Shown: piece by piece, positions 7,489 to 16,624 of the stretch | Layout of the letters: each line of letters begins with the position of its first letter | How positions within the stretch are numbered: position 1 is the first letter of the stretch | IMG/VR virus record: IMGVR_UViG_3300021082_000031 | Location: 1 to 51,562 of that record | Source of the DNA: a virus | Taxonomy: Duplodnaviria; Caudoviricetes | DNA: 51,562 nucleotides | Strand: one strand, 5' to 3' | Notes under the pieces: model-generated | The model's input: the letters and a program-made list of their open reading frames with translations, nothing else | Database searches by the model: none | What the model was told of the DNA's origin: nothing | Translations under genes and position numbers: made by a program

Positions 7489-7867
7489 AGGGTTTGAGGC
7501 GAAAGCTCGAGGGGGGCGGGAACGTCCCCGGCGGCGGGTTCATGTTCACCTGTAACGCATTGCTCACGGCACCGGGACCAATGGTGCCGAACCCCACCGC
7601 TCGGACACCGATGAAGTGTGATCCCGACGGGATCGTGTCGGGGGTCGGGAACTGATACCAGCCGACCGTGGTACTCGGCGTCACGGCGATGTCCTTGCAG
7701 GCTGTGTCGGTCACGGCGTCCACGCAGAGTTGATACTTCATCGTCAGGGCGAAATTCTCGGTGCCGTGGTAGAACTCCAGCATTGTGCCGGCTTGGATCG
7801 GGAAAATCTGTGCGGACGCCGACGTGCCCACGCCCAGGCAGAGCAGCGTCAACCAGAGCACCTTCAC
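7487..7867 (-). CDS. Small secreted beta-rich (FnIII/Ig-like) protein
   Basis: GTGA overlap start; signal peptide KVLWLTLLCLGVGTSASA|Q; two Cys; Pro-rich C-terminus. Confidence 0.7.
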   Translation of the reverse strand: MKVLWLTLLCLGVGTSASAQIFPIQAGTMLEFYHGTENFALTMKYQLCVDAVTDTACKDIAVTPSTTVGWYQFPTPDTIPSGSHFIGVRAVGFGTIGPGAVSNALQVNMNPPPGTFPPPSSFRLKP

Positions 7868-8385
7868 GGCGGCGCCACCGCTGCGAGCCTGCCGTCCTCG
7901 GTGAACGTGTCGCTGCTCTCGAGGTAGGTCAACCCCACCGCCACCGCCGACCAGATGTCGGCCTTGATGCCGTACAGCGGCCCAGGCGCTTTCTTGGTCC
8001 CTCGAGCGCCGGCCCCACCGAAGCGATCGAGGATCGCCACGCGGATATTCGCGTCCTTCGCGCGGTCGAGCCCGCACAGGTGTTGCTTCACCCACCGCCG
8101 CGGAATCCGCACGTAGGGATCGGGTTGCCAGGCTTGGATGAAGCGGCCGGTCCACACGCACGTCTCGAACACCTCGGCGCCCACCGCCATGCCCATGCCT
8201 TGAATCTGCTCCACCGCTAACACGGTGCTCCAGCAGCGCGGGCGCAGCATCTCGACGAGTTCGGCATTCGGGATCAGCCCATGCTTGGTGATATACGGCC
8301 ACCGCTCGCCGCCGGCCATGACGACGTAGGCGCTGTCGAAGGGGCCCGGGTCGACCGCCACCACTACCGCGGCGCGAGGTCCCAT
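7864..8385 (-). CDS. RuvC-like Holliday junction resolvase
   Basis: VAVDPG..LAVEQI..KDANIR..DIWSAVAV acidic RNase H-fold motifs. Confidence 0.75.
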   Translation of the reverse strand: MGPRAAVVVAVDPGPFDSAYVVMAGGERWPYITKHGLIPNAELVEMLRPRCWSTVLAVEQIQGMGMAVGAEVFETCVWTGRFIQAWQPDPYVRIPRRWVKQHLCGLDRAKDANIRVAILDRFGGAGARGTKKAPGPLYGIKADIWSAVAVGLTYLESSDTFTEDGRLAAVAPP

Positions 8386-8582
8386 AGCACGCGCTGCATT
8401 TCCGTCCGACACGCGCGGACCCACGGGCCGGGGAAGCCCCGTGCGAGGGCTTTCGTGATGCTCGCCGGGCGCATCCCCAGCAGTTGCAGCCGGCGGCGAT
8501 AGCGGGCCTCGCGCGCTCGCCGATACCGCTCGGCCGGCGGCGGGATCGCCGGAATCCGAATCACCCCATAGAGTTGCGTCAC
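8364..8582 (-). CDS. Small basic hypothetical protein
   Basis: Fills the operon gap. Confidence 0.5.
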   Translation of the reverse strand: MTQLYGVIRIPAIPPPAERYRRAREARYRRRLQLLGMRPASITKALARGFPGPWVRACRTEMQRVLWDLAPR

Positions 8583-8585
8583 CGC

Positions 8586-9143
8586 TCACGCTCCACGTCC
8601 CTTGAACTGCACGAGTTCACCGCGCCGGTCGGGACTCCAGTTGTTGTTCTGCTTCTCTTCGTGCCGGATGGTCCCGGCGACGTTCTGCTGCTCGCGGAAC
8701 TTCTTCACCGGGTTGATCGCCCAGCACGAGCACCGATGCACGGCGTCGTACAGCCGGTCGCCATCGGGATCGTCCTCGCGCATGTCGCGCAGTTCGCGCA
8801 GTGGCTTGCGGACGTGGACCCAGCCCGTGTCGTCGCACCCCTCGTCGCACCACGCCACCTCGCCAGGGGGTCGCGGGTTGACGTAGCTCGGGCGCGTGGT
8901 CCGCTCGAGCACCGCCTGGCAGGCCTCGCGCAGATCGACGGGCAGCGGGAACTTGCGGAGCTTGCCTTGCAGTTTGAAGCTCGCCGCCTCCACCACTTCG
9001 ATGTCGAAGTCTTGGAGTTGCATCCAGTAGAGATAGACCCGCGCGTCGTCGAGTTCCTTCTTCGGATCGCGCATGAAGAGGATCGCGTGCAGGCCCAGCG
9101 CCGCTTTGAGTCGCGCCTGATGGTCGGGGTTGTGCTTATCCAC
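8586..9143 (-). CDS. Replication-associated protein (helicase loader-like, Zn finger)
   Basis: YWMQLQDFD..KFPLPVDL helical domain plus CDEGCDDTGW..CSC; lies downstream of the initiator. Confidence 0.5.
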   Translation of the reverse strand: MDKHNPDHQARLKAALGLHAILFMRDPKKELDDARVYLYWMQLQDFDIEVVEAASFKLQGKLRKFPLPVDLREACQAVLERTTRPSYVNPRPPGEVAWCDEGCDDTGWVHVRKPLRELRDMREDDPDGDRLYDAVHRCSCWAINPVKKFREQQNVAGTIRHEEKQNNNWSPDRRGELVQFKGRGA

Positions 9144-9573
9144 GGAACCGCTCCCGGCCCAGGCCGCGCCGTAGCTCGAGCACGTCGATGGTGTCGGCCA
9201 GCGCCATCGGCGGGTCGGGCCATACCTGATACCCGTCCACGTACATGATGCCCGCGTCCTCGAGCACCTCCCACTGCGCGCCCTTGAACACCCGGCGCAC
9301 GTTGGCCGGGGTGAGGTACAGCGGATCGGTGTCCAAGCGGCGCACCACCCGGTCGGCGTCCCAGCGGGCCAACCGGGCGTGCCGACTCACCCACAGCCGC
9401 CGCAGCCAGCCCCGCCGCGGCATTGGCGGCGCGTTACTCATCACCCGCGTGATGAAGTCCTGCGCGTCGTCCCGAAGCTCCACATGCGCCAGGTGGGCTC
9501 GCCGAATCAGGGCAGCGAGTTGTGCGGGCGTGATCTCGTCTAGCCGGCCGTCGTCGTCGCCACCCCGATCCAT
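9136..9573 (-). CDS. Hypothetical protein
   Basis: GGAGG SD; coupled to the next gene. Confidence 0.65.
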   Translation of the reverse strand: MDRGGDDDGRLDEITPAQLAALIRRAHLAHVELRDDAQDFITRVMSNAPPMPRRGWLRRLWVSRHARLARWDADRVVRRLDTDPLYLTPANVRRVFKGAQWEVLEDAGIMYVDGYQVWPDPPMALADTIDVLELRRGLGRERFRG

Positions 9574-9576
9574 GAC

Positions 9577-10224
9577 TTACCTCCGTCGGCGAATCACGCC
9601 GGCACCGATGAGGCCCAGGCCCAAGAGCACGAGCGTCGTCGGCTCAGGGACCACCTCGTCGCGCGGGCCCGCAATCAAAAACGCGGAGTCAGGGCCGTCG
9701 TTGCTGACCGGCATGATCGCGTGGAATTGCACGACATCCGTCCCCGCGAACCCGGCCAAATTGAAGCCGGTCAAGAGGTAGTCGGCGAACCCGTTGCCGC
9801 TATTCCCTGCGGGCGTCGGCGGCACGGCCTGCGGGCCCGTCCAGATGTCGACCACGTTGCCGTTGATGCTCATCGCGAACAAACCGAGAACCTGATCCTC
9901 CTGCCCATTGGCCTGCGCGAAGTCCAAGCCGACGATGAAGCGGTCGCCGAACAGGAACCGCACGGCGGCCACGCTGTATTCGGGCGACTCGAGATCCCAC
10001 GAGATATTCAGGCCCGCACCGCCGGTCGGCGTGGCCGTGAAGTTGGGAATCTCCGCGGTCACGCGCGAGTTGCAATTGCTGCCGCCGAACACACACGGGC
10101 GATTGGTCTGCTCCTGTAGTTCGGAGCCGATAGCGATCTCCGACAACGTGAGCACACCCGCCGACGCCACGCTTGGCAACACCAACAGTGCCGCCACCAC
10201 CGTTCCACAAATCAGTCGATTCAT
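9577..10224 (-). CDS. PEP-CTERM sorting domain protein
   Basis: N-terminal signal peptide (..PSVASA|G); C-terminal VPEPTTLVLLGLGLIGAGVIRRRR. Confidence 0.92.
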   Translation of the reverse strand: MNRLICGTVVAALLVLPSVASAGVLTLSEIAIGSELQEQTNRPCVFGGSNCNSRVTAEIPNFTATPTGGAGLNISWDLESPEYSVAAVRFLFGDRFIVGLDFAQANGQEDQVLGLFAMSINGNVVDIWTGPQAVPPTPAGNSGNGFADYLLTGFNLAGFAGTDVVQFHAIMPVSNDGPDSAFLIAGPRDEVVPEPTTLVLLGLGLIGAGVIRRRR

Positions 10225-10282
10225 CCTAGCCTCCCTCAGTCCCTACGTTAGTTGTCCCAGCCTTCGCTCTGCGTCCTGCGCG

Positions 10283-10528
10283 TCACCCCTCCTTCGGCGT
10301 CGAGCATGTCGACGATCCAGCCTTCCCCGATGCAGCGCAAGACGGACTCGAGGACCGCAATGCGGCGCGCTTGCGCTGCCCACGTCGCTCGGCCGGCGTG
10401 TACCCCTCGGCGTCGTACTCCCCGCGCCTTTGCGCGGCGTGATACTGCGCGATGAGCCGCTCCCCCTCGATCCGGCAGTCGTCGCAATGCCAACCCCCTT
10501 GGAAGTCGAAGGTGCGCTGCTCCATCAC
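10283..10528 (-). CDS. Small hypothetical protein
   Basis: GTGA overlap; GEYDAEGYTPAER motif. Confidence 0.55.
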   Translation of the reverse strand: MMEQRTFDFQGGWHCDDCRIEGERLIAQYHAAQRRGEYDAEGYTPAERRGQRKRAALRSSSPSCAASGKAGSSTCSTPKEG

Positions 10529-11445
10529 CCGCGCCGTAGCTGCTTGGGCGCCTGCCGAATGTGCTCAGGCACCATGCCCTCGAGGTCGAAGATCGAGCGC
10601 CCGGTGTCGAGCGCCTCGATGACGTCCTGCGTCCGCTGACTCGTGCCGGCGGCCGGCGCGGGCTCGGGCGCCTCCAGCCACCGCTCCTCGGCGAGCCACT
10701 TGGCGGCGTCGACCACAAACCCCTCGGCCCACCGCTGACTGGCGGTCCAGTGCTCCAGCCCCGCCATCACCGCGGCAAAGGGCGGCTTCTTCTTCATCCA
10801 CACTTCGCGCGCCTTGCTCTTACTGTTGCGGCCCTTCCGGTGGTACGCGGCCCACCACTGGTCGAACTCCGCGACTCGCTGATCCGCGACCGAGAGCGCC
10901 CGCGCCAGGGGAGCCGGCGGCGCCTCGAGCTCGGGCAAGAGCGACGGCGTCACCGACACCGTCACCGTCGGCGGGATCACGACGACGGCGCCGCCCCCGC
11001 CGTCGTCGCGCCGGTCCTCGAGGTGCAACAGGCCGACGTACATGTCGAAGTACGGCCCCAAGAACGGGTTCCTGGGGCACGCCCGATACCACCGGTTCGC
11101 GGCGGCGCTCATGTTGTCGCGCGGCGCCAGCGGGCGCCCCTCAATGAGTAACTGTCGAGCCGCCATGTTGATGACCCACACCCATTCCGTCAATGGGTCG
11201 AAGCTGGCAAAGCCGAGGGCGGCCAGGGTGCCGAGGCCGGTCGCCACCTTGGCCGGGGTCGCCGCGAGCTGCTCCATCATCGAGGCGCGCGGGTAGTGGT
11301 ACAGCCCCCACGGTTCGGCGAGGGCTTTGTCGTTGGTGAACAGGTTGATCGCCAGCAGGCGCGTGGCCTCGGGGTATTCCTTCAAGAGACGCCCCGTCTC
11401 TCCGCTGCCCCAAAACGTCGCGCTCATTTTGTTGAAAGACCGCAT
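10525..11445 (-). CDS. Phage replication initiator (O-like)
   Basis: N-terminal MRSFNKMSATFW..LLAINLFTN..GLY wHTH type; C-terminal FDQWWAAY.RK..SKSKAREVW..WLAEERW. Confidence 0.75.
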   Translation of the reverse strand: MRSFNKMSATFWGSGETGRLLKEYPEATRLLAINLFTNDKALAEPWGLYHYPRASMMEQLAATPAKVATGLGTLAALGFASFDPLTEWVWVINMAARQLLIEGRPLAPRDNMSAAANRWYRACPRNPFLGPYFDMYVGLLHLEDRRDDGGGGAVVVIPPTVTVSVTPSLLPELEAPPAPLARALSVADQRVAEFDQWWAAYHRKGRNSKSKAREVWMKKKPPFAAVMAGLEHWTASQRWAEGFVVDAAKWLAEERWLEAPEPAPAAGTSQRTQDVIEALDTGRSIFDLEGMVPEHIRQAPKQLRRG

Positions 11446-11460
11446 CGTGCCCAGGCCCCA

Positions 11461-11679
11461 CTACTTCAAGAGGCCGTTGACGAGGTCACGGATCTGCACG
11501 AGCGCCCGGCGCTTCTCGGCCTGATGCCAACTGGACCGGCATCGGGAGCCTGTGCAGAACCTCGGCGTGATCCCGTTGTGGTTGCGAGGTGGTGGGAGCA
11601 CCCGGCCACAATAGTCACAGTTTCGGATGGTTTGAACCGTGATAACGGTTCCACCGGCTTCGACGTGGTCGTCACCCAT
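11461..11679 (-). CDS. Small Zn-finger protein
   Basis: CDYCG..RFCTGSRCR. Confidence 0.65.
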   Translation of the reverse strand: MGDDHVEAGGTVITVQTIRNCDYCGRVLPPPRNHNGITPRFCTGSRCRSSWHQAEKRRALVQIRDLVNGLLK

Positions 11680-11699
11680 GCTCCCCTGCGGTTCGACGG

Positions 11700-12119
11700 C
11701 TAGTTGTCCACACTGAAGAGGGCGGCGGCGTCGGCCATCGCCAGGCGCTTGACCCGGTAGACGAGGTCGGCGAGGGTCGACGTCGGCCGCTTCTCCGCGA
11801 CGAACTCCACGGCGCGTCGGAGCGCCCGCACTTCCTCGTCCGTGACCGCCACGCCGCCCGCGCCGATGGCCTCGGCGTAGGTCACGGCGTGCGTCAGGAG
11901 CACCGAGATCACCGCCTCGGCGTCTTGGTAGCGGAGGTCCATCAGGGCGAGCTTCGAGGCAAGTAGGATCATCGCCTCATCGAACTCGCCGGTCGTCATC
12001 CGGCGCCGCGCCGTGTCGATGGCGTGCGCCGTGTCGGGGGAGGTCACGGCGCGCACCGTCTCGAAGTCCTCGAGCCCCAACGGCGTGCTGTCGGGGATGG
12101 CCTGGTGGTCGTAGCTCAC
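11700..12119 (-). CDS. Hypothetical protein
   Basis: GTGA overlap with recT. Confidence 0.7.
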   Translation of the reverse strand: MSYDHQAIPDSTPLGLEDFETVRAVTSPDTAHAIDTARRRMTTGEFDEAMILLASKLALMDLRYQDAEAVISVLLTHAVTYAEAIGAGGVAVTDEEVRALRRAVEFVAEKRPTSTLADLVYRVKRLAMADAAALFSVDN

Positions 12120-13036
12120 CGCGGCACCTTGGCGGCCTCTGCGGCTTCGCGTGCGGCGATTTCAGCATCGAGCCCGGCCAGGTCGTCGTCCTCGCCGTTG
12201 CCCGCCCCTACGCGCTCGGCAAGCGCCCCCTTGAGGACGTCGAGGCGGCCCGGCTTCTCGGTCGGCTTGGGGGTCGGCTCGCCGTCGAGCAGTTTCACGC
12301 CCTCGGGCAAGTCGAAGTTCTGCGACTGGCCGAGGTCGGCCGCCGCGTCGAGGTCGAGCAGCCGCGACATGGCCTCACTGCTCTTGGGCAGGTACTTGGC
12401 GATCTTGCGGATGGTCGTTTTCAAGGCCATCGCGTCGTAGTCCGTGACCCACGGGCCGCTGTCCTTGGCGCGCGACCGGGCCCGGTGCTCGTCAATCTCG
12501 ATCTTCGGCATCACCTCGAGTTGCAACCCCCCGCCACGCAACCGCGCGATGGCGTAGGCGGCGATGAAGGCGCCGCGCTCGGGCTTGCCGATCATCCAGT
12601 GCGGCTTGTGCGTCACGCGCGGGGTCGTGCCGTAGTCCACGTCGAAGAGGTCGTTGGCGTAGACGGCGCGCGGATGCAAGTCGATGGTCGCCCGTGCGCG
12701 ATCGATCAGGTTCCGGTAGCCCATGTAGCCGGGGATGAACGTCGCCTCGGGGTTGCCCGTCCGGTTGTTCTTGAACGGAATCAGCCACGCTTCCTGCAAC
12801 GGGCCGCCGAGGGTGAGCCCCAGCTTCAGCGCCTCGAACACGCCGCCCATGAGGCTCTCGTGCGTGCACTGGACGAGCTTCTCGTCGTAGCAGATCGCGT
12901 TGAACGCGACCCGGATCAAGCGCGTCGGGTCGCCCAAACTGCGCGGTGCGCTGCGCTCGAGCGCGGTGTTGTTGATCGTGAAGAGTTGCTGGACGGCCTT
13001 GCTGCGGTCGTCCAGTCGTACCAGTTGATTGCCCAT
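12116..13036 (-). CDS. recT: RecT family single-strand annealing protein
   Basis: LGLTLG..AWLIPF..GYMGYRNL..GPWVTDYDAMALKTTIRKIAKYLPKS. Confidence 0.95.
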   Translation of the reverse strand: MGNQLVRLDDRSKAVQQLFTINNTALERSAPRSLGDPTRLIRVAFNAICYDEKLVQCTHESLMGGVFEALKLGLTLGGPLQEAWLIPFKNNRTGNPEATFIPGYMGYRNLIDRARATIDLHPRAVYANDLFDVDYGTTPRVTHKPHWMIGKPERGAFIAAYAIARLRGGGLQLEVMPKIEIDEHRARSRAKDSGPWVTDYDAMALKTTIRKIAKYLPKSSEAMSRLLDLDAAADLGQSQNFDLPEGVKLLDGEPTPKPTEKPGRLDVLKGALAERVGAGNGEDDDLAGLDAEIAAREAAEAAKVPR

Positions 13037-13080
13037 GTCGTCGGTTCTCCCTGGAAGGAGCCAGTCGTCACCCCGGCTCG

Positions 13081-13269
13081 TCAGTAGATCACTTCGTCGC
13101 CGTCGTCGTAGTCGTCCACGTCGAACGGCGGGTCGTGCAGTTCCCCTTCGCAGCCTTCGGTCGCCTCACAGTCGAAGGTGTGCTCCCCGTCGTCGAGGGT
13201 CTGCCAGGCGCCGCACTTGGGACACTCCACCTCCCACGTCCCGCCGCCCTCACCGACGCGCGCTTTCAC
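13081..13269 (-). CDS. Small acidic Zn-ribbon protein
   Basis: CPKCG..C..C; acidic tail. Confidence 0.6.
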   Translation of the reverse strand: MKARVGEGGGTWEVECPKCGAWQTLDDGEHTFDCEATEGCEGELHDPPFDVDDYDDGDEVIY

Positions 13270-13631
13270 CTTCGGGTGCCTCGCTTCGGTTCGGGCTCGG
13301 GCTCAGGCTCGGGCTTGCCACGCGGCGGCAATCCCTGGTCGGGCTTGGGCCGGTCGCCCGGCTTGTCGCCCTCGCCCGGCTTGGGCAGCGTGTGGTCGGG
13401 CTTGGGCTTGTCCTCGGGTGTGGCCGTGGCCCGCACGGGCACGGCATTGGCCGCTTCCTTCTGCGCCATGTCCACTTCCTCTTCGGCGGCGGCGAGCGTG
13501 GTCCCCGCGGTCCCGACCATCTGCGTCCCGTCTTGGTTCCAGGCGTACAGGCGCACGCCGTCGTGGACGCCATCGAAATAGGCATCGCGGGCTTCGGTTG
13601 ACCCGAACCCGCCCGTCTTGACTCCGAACAT
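13266..13631 (-). CDS. Hypothetical protein with Pro/Lys/Glu-rich tail
   Basis: GGGAGG SD; PDHTLP/PDQGLP/PEPE repeats. Confidence 0.7.
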   Translation of the reverse strand: MFGVKTGGFGSTEARDAYFDGVHDGVRLYAWNQDGTQMVGTAGTTLAAAEEEVDMAQKEAANAVPVRATATPEDKPKPDHTLPKPGEGDKPGDRPKPDQGLPPRGKPEPEPEPEPKRGTRR

Positions 13632-13681
13632 GGCAACCTCCCTCAGTCAGTGAACAGCACCCCCGCGGTCGGCCCGCGGCT

Positions 13682-13888
13682 CTACTCGGCGACGAGCTCC
13701 ACGCGCCGCCGAAACTCTCCGTCATGCGGGAACAACCGCGCCAGCGTATCCGACCGGCGGCGCCGCGTCGGCAACGGGCTCACGCGCGTCTGCCAGCGCG
13801 ACTCGAGGATCTTGTCGGCCACAAAGAGCGCACCCGTGCTCAGGCCGACGGTGATCAGGATGACCGCGCTCATGTCGTTGCGCATCAT
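13682..13888 (-). CDS. Small membrane protein
   Basis: ATGA overlap; one TM segment. Confidence 0.55.
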   Translation of the reverse strand: MMRNDMSAVILITVGLSTGALFVADKILESRWQTRVSPLPTRRRRSDTLARLFPHDGEFRRRVELVAE

Positions 13889-14370
13889 GCGGTGACTCGG
13901 ATCTTCATGCGCTCCACCTTGTGATTGCGGGCTGCGAAGATGTGCCCGCACGTAGGGCACTCTACCTGCACCAGCGTGTAGCCGTGCGAGGGGGGTCGCA
14001 GGACCGCCACGCGCACCGCCGTGTACCCGCGATCCCGAAGCTGCCCCCGCACCTCGTGCTGCATCCAGTGGTGCGTCAGCGCCAGGGTGTGCAATTCCTT
14101 GCGCACCGTCTCGTCCTTCACGCGCGACAGTTCCTTGTGCGTGCCCCACGCGATCTCGTAGCTGCGGACGTGCAGCGGGAAGGCGCGGGCCGTCGTGCGC
14201 AGCGCGTACAGGTGCGTCCGACTCAACCCGGTCAACGCCATCGACGCGGCGAAGCGGACGTCGTAGCCCAGCGCCTCGCCGCGCAGCAACCAGTCGCCCA
14301 ACTCCCACGCCGTGCGCCGCTCGCGCCGCGTGTGCATGAGCCCTTCGTCCTGCCACTCGTCGCGCGTCAC
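13885..14370 (-). CDS. LmbU-like DNA-binding protein with C-terminal Zn ribbon
   Basis: WELGDWLLRGE..TGLS..ARAFP..R...W.TH.E; CPTCGH. Confidence 0.6.
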   Translation of the reverse strand: MTRDEWQDEGLMHTRRERRTAWELGDWLLRGEALGYDVRFAASMALTGLSRTHLYALRTTARAFPLHVRSYEIAWGTHKELSRVKDETVRKELHTLALTHHWMQHEVRGQLRDRGYTAVRVAVLRPPSHGYTLVQVECPTCGHIFAARNHKVERMKIRVTA

Positions 14371-14564
14371 GGGGGCGCCTCGAAGTCGGGACACCCGCAG
14401 CGCGTCTCTGGCGTCCCCGCCGAGAATCCTTCCCGGTCACAGTCGTAGCCGAGGCACCTGAACGGCGCGAGGTCCGGTGAGCACGGTTGCGGATGCGTCG
14501 ACACGCACGCCTCGTCGTCGTGGCGATGCCAATGATCGGGATGCCCGCACCGTGCGCAGATCAT
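14367..14564 (-). CDS. Small Cys/His-rich protein
   Basis: CARCGH..CGCPDF; 4-bp overlaps. Confidence 0.6.
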   Translation of the reverse strand: MICARCGHPDHWHRHDDEACVSTHPQPCSPDLAPFRCLGYDCDREGFSAGTPETRCGCPDFEAPP

Positions 14565-15208
14565 CGCGCCGCGTCCCACTCTTGGCCGCAGCGGTCGCAG
14601 CGCACCGTGCCGTGCCGGGTCTTGGCGCAGTCGTCGGGGTCCATCAGGACCGTCGGCGCGGCGCCCACGTCCACAAACGTCGGGTCCTCATGGTCGCCGG
14701 CATGGCCCGCCGGGAGACGGCAGACGCGCGGCGAGTAGCGGTCACGGTCCCCGCAGCGTGGCGTAGCGGCGAGGGCGGCGTCGATGATGAATGTCGCCGG
14801 GTCCACGTTGATGTAGTGCGCCCGCTGCCCCCCGATCCATTCTTCGCGCCGCGGGAGTTTTAGTAGTTCCTCCAACGCCTCCCGCAGCCGCCTATTGTCG
14901 GCGAGCAGATCCGCGCCATCGGCCCGACACGCCCAAATCACCTCGTCCTTCTCCTTCACTTCTTGCTCCAGCCGCAGCGTGTCCCACTCAAGACACACAT
15001 TGCGGGCGCTATCTCGTTCGGCCAAGAGCGCGGCCTTCTCCTGCTGGAGGGTGATGAGTTCGGTAGCGAGTCCGCGGATCACCACACCCGGCGTATCCAG
15101 CGTCTCGAAGTCGGCCTCGTTCGGCCCGGTCCCGCCGACGTTGATCTCCACGTAGTCGTGGCAATCGAAGTCACCGGCAACAAGTCGCGCCATCTGCTCC
15201 GGGGTCAT
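14561..15208 (-). CDS. Mosaic coiled-coil cassette protein (Ead/Ea22-like architecture)
   Basis: NRRLREALEE..IDAALA modules. Confidence 0.65.
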   Translation of the reverse strand: MTPEQMARLVAGDFDCHDYVEINVGGTGPNEADFETLDTPGVVIRGLATELITLQQEKAALLAERDSARNVCLEWDTLRLEQEVKEKDEVIWACRADGADLLADNRRLREALEELLKLPRREEWIGGQRAHYINVDPATFIIDAALAATPRCGDRDRYSPRVCRLPAGHAGDHEDPTFVDVGAAPTVLMDPDDCAKTRHGTVRCDRCGQEWDAAR

Positions 15209-15549
15209 TTCTGCCCCTCCTTCATGCCGGCGAGGGCGGCTCTTGCCTTGCATCCCGTGCATGTCCCGTGACGGGTGCCAAACGTCGGACAGTTGTCGCC
15301 GTACTCGCAATCACGTTCAGCGAAGTCCTCCAGCGCCTCCCGCAGCCGTCGATTCTCCTCAATCAACTCGTCCCGTTCCCGCTCGGCCTGTTCGGCGCGG
15401 GCCGTCATGTCGACGGCCGCATTGATGTCGCCCCAGCGGTAGTCACGGATATTCGCGAGCCGTGTCTGCGCGGCGTCCAGTTCCGCCTGGAGCCGTGCGA
15501 CGTGGTCGGCGGCATGCGCCTCAGCGGCGGCGTGGTATTGCACAATCAT
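15205..15549 (-). CDS. Mosaic coiled-coil cassette protein
   Basis: RAEQAE..NRRLREALED..ARAALA. Confidence 0.65.
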   Translation of the reverse strand: MIVQYHAAAEAHAADHVARLQAELDAAQTRLANIRDYRWGDINAAVDMTARAEQAERERDELIEENRRLREALEDFAERDCEYGDNCPTFGTRHGTCTGCKARAALAGMKEGQK

Positions 15550-16259
15550 GGCGTGGCCCCTTCCGGTGTGGGCGCGAGCGCGGCGTCGATGTGGTTTAGG
15601 GTCTTGTCGCAGTAGCACCCCGCGCACGCCTCCTCACCCATGCCGTCGTCGTAGTCGCTGACGATGCCGCATGTGTGGTAGGGACGGTCGTCCCTGACGT
15701 ACTGCGTAGCCGCCTCCAGCGCCGCCCGCAGCCGCGCGTTCTCGGCCTCGGCTTGTTCAGCGCGGGCCGCTGTGGTGATGGCATGCTCGATGTTCTCGCG
15801 CCGCGTCGGCTTGTCCAGCGCGGGACGTCGAGCCAGCACGGCGTCAATGCCGCGCAGTTCGGCCTCGGCCTGTTCGAGAGCGACCTTCGCTTTCTCCACC
15901 TCCAACTGCATCCGCGAGACGCCCTGCTTGAAATACTCCCCGGTTGCCATTGGCTCTAGTTCCGCAATGCGGGCTTCTAGTTCGCCGATGCGTTCTTCGG
16001 CCTGGATCGCCCGCACGGTCGCCTCCGCGGCGGCCTTGATGAATCCGAGGCGCTCGCGGTCAAGCGCCTCGAGCTCGAGGATGCGGGCCCGTAGCGCCTG
16101 CTCGCGCGACACCCCTTCCCACAGGAGCGCCTCGCGCTTTGTGTTCTCTTGTTCGAGCGCGAGCTTCTCCCCCTCGCACGCCGCGTACTTCGCCACCGCG
16201 GCGCCCCAGCACTCGCGCCAATACGCCGCATCGCGCACGGGCTCGCCGTTCACGACCAC
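15546..16259 (-). CDS. Mosaic coiled-coil cassette protein
   Basis: RAEQAE..NARLRAALE..IDAALA. Confidence 0.65.
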   Translation of the reverse strand: MVVNGEPVRDAAYWRECWGAAVAKYAACEGEKLALEQENTKREALLWEGVSREQALRARILELEALDRERLGFIKAAAEATVRAIQAEERIGELEARIAELEPMATGEYFKQGVSRMQLEVEKAKVALEQAEAELRGIDAVLARRPALDKPTRRENIEHAITTAARAEQAEAENARLRAALEAATQYVRDDRPYHTCGIVSDYDDGMGEEACAGCYCDKTLNHIDAALAPTPEGATP

Positions 16260-16621
16260 TCCGCATCGGTCACAGGGGGCGCCGCCAGGCGAGCCGCCGC
16301 GGCCGTTTCACTCCCCCGGATCAACCACTCCCGCACCTTGTCGGGCGAGCCGTAGCAGAGGTGCGGCATCTGCGCCAGGAAGATCGCGTAGCAGGCGAGC
16401 GCGGCCTGATTGGTCAGATCGCCGTTGCGGACGGCGCCCATCAGGTCGTTCTCGAGCACCGTCACGAGGAAGCTCCCCGGCCGGATGCCGTAGCGCAGGT
16501 ACATGCACAGCCCCTCGTGCATGTAGCTCGGCACGCCGGCTGCGTTCAGTTCGAGCTCGAGGTGCGCGTCGATGTCTGCGCGCCCGATGTTCACAAGCAA
16601 GTTGTACGTTTCACTCTTCAT
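16250..16621 (-). CDS. Conserved phage hypothetical protein
   Basis: YGIRPGSFLVTVLENDL..CYGSPDKVREW; GGGGTGA SD. Confidence 0.75.
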   Translation of the reverse strand: MKSETYNLLVNIGRADIDAHLELELNAAGVPSYMHEGLCMYLRYGIRPGSFLVTVLENDLMGAVRNGDLTNQAALACYAIFLAQMPHLCYGSPDKVREWLIRGSETAAAARLAAPPVTDAEWS

Positions 16622-16624
16622 CGT

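Noticed and set aside
10248-10400. Alternative-frame coding tail (..RIAVLESVLRCIGEGWIVDML..) overlapping 10283-10528
   Set aside because: No clear start or slippery site; cannot choose between frames
14561-16259. Diversity-generating retroelement
   Set aside because: No reverse transcriptase, and the repeats are short without adenine-specific variation
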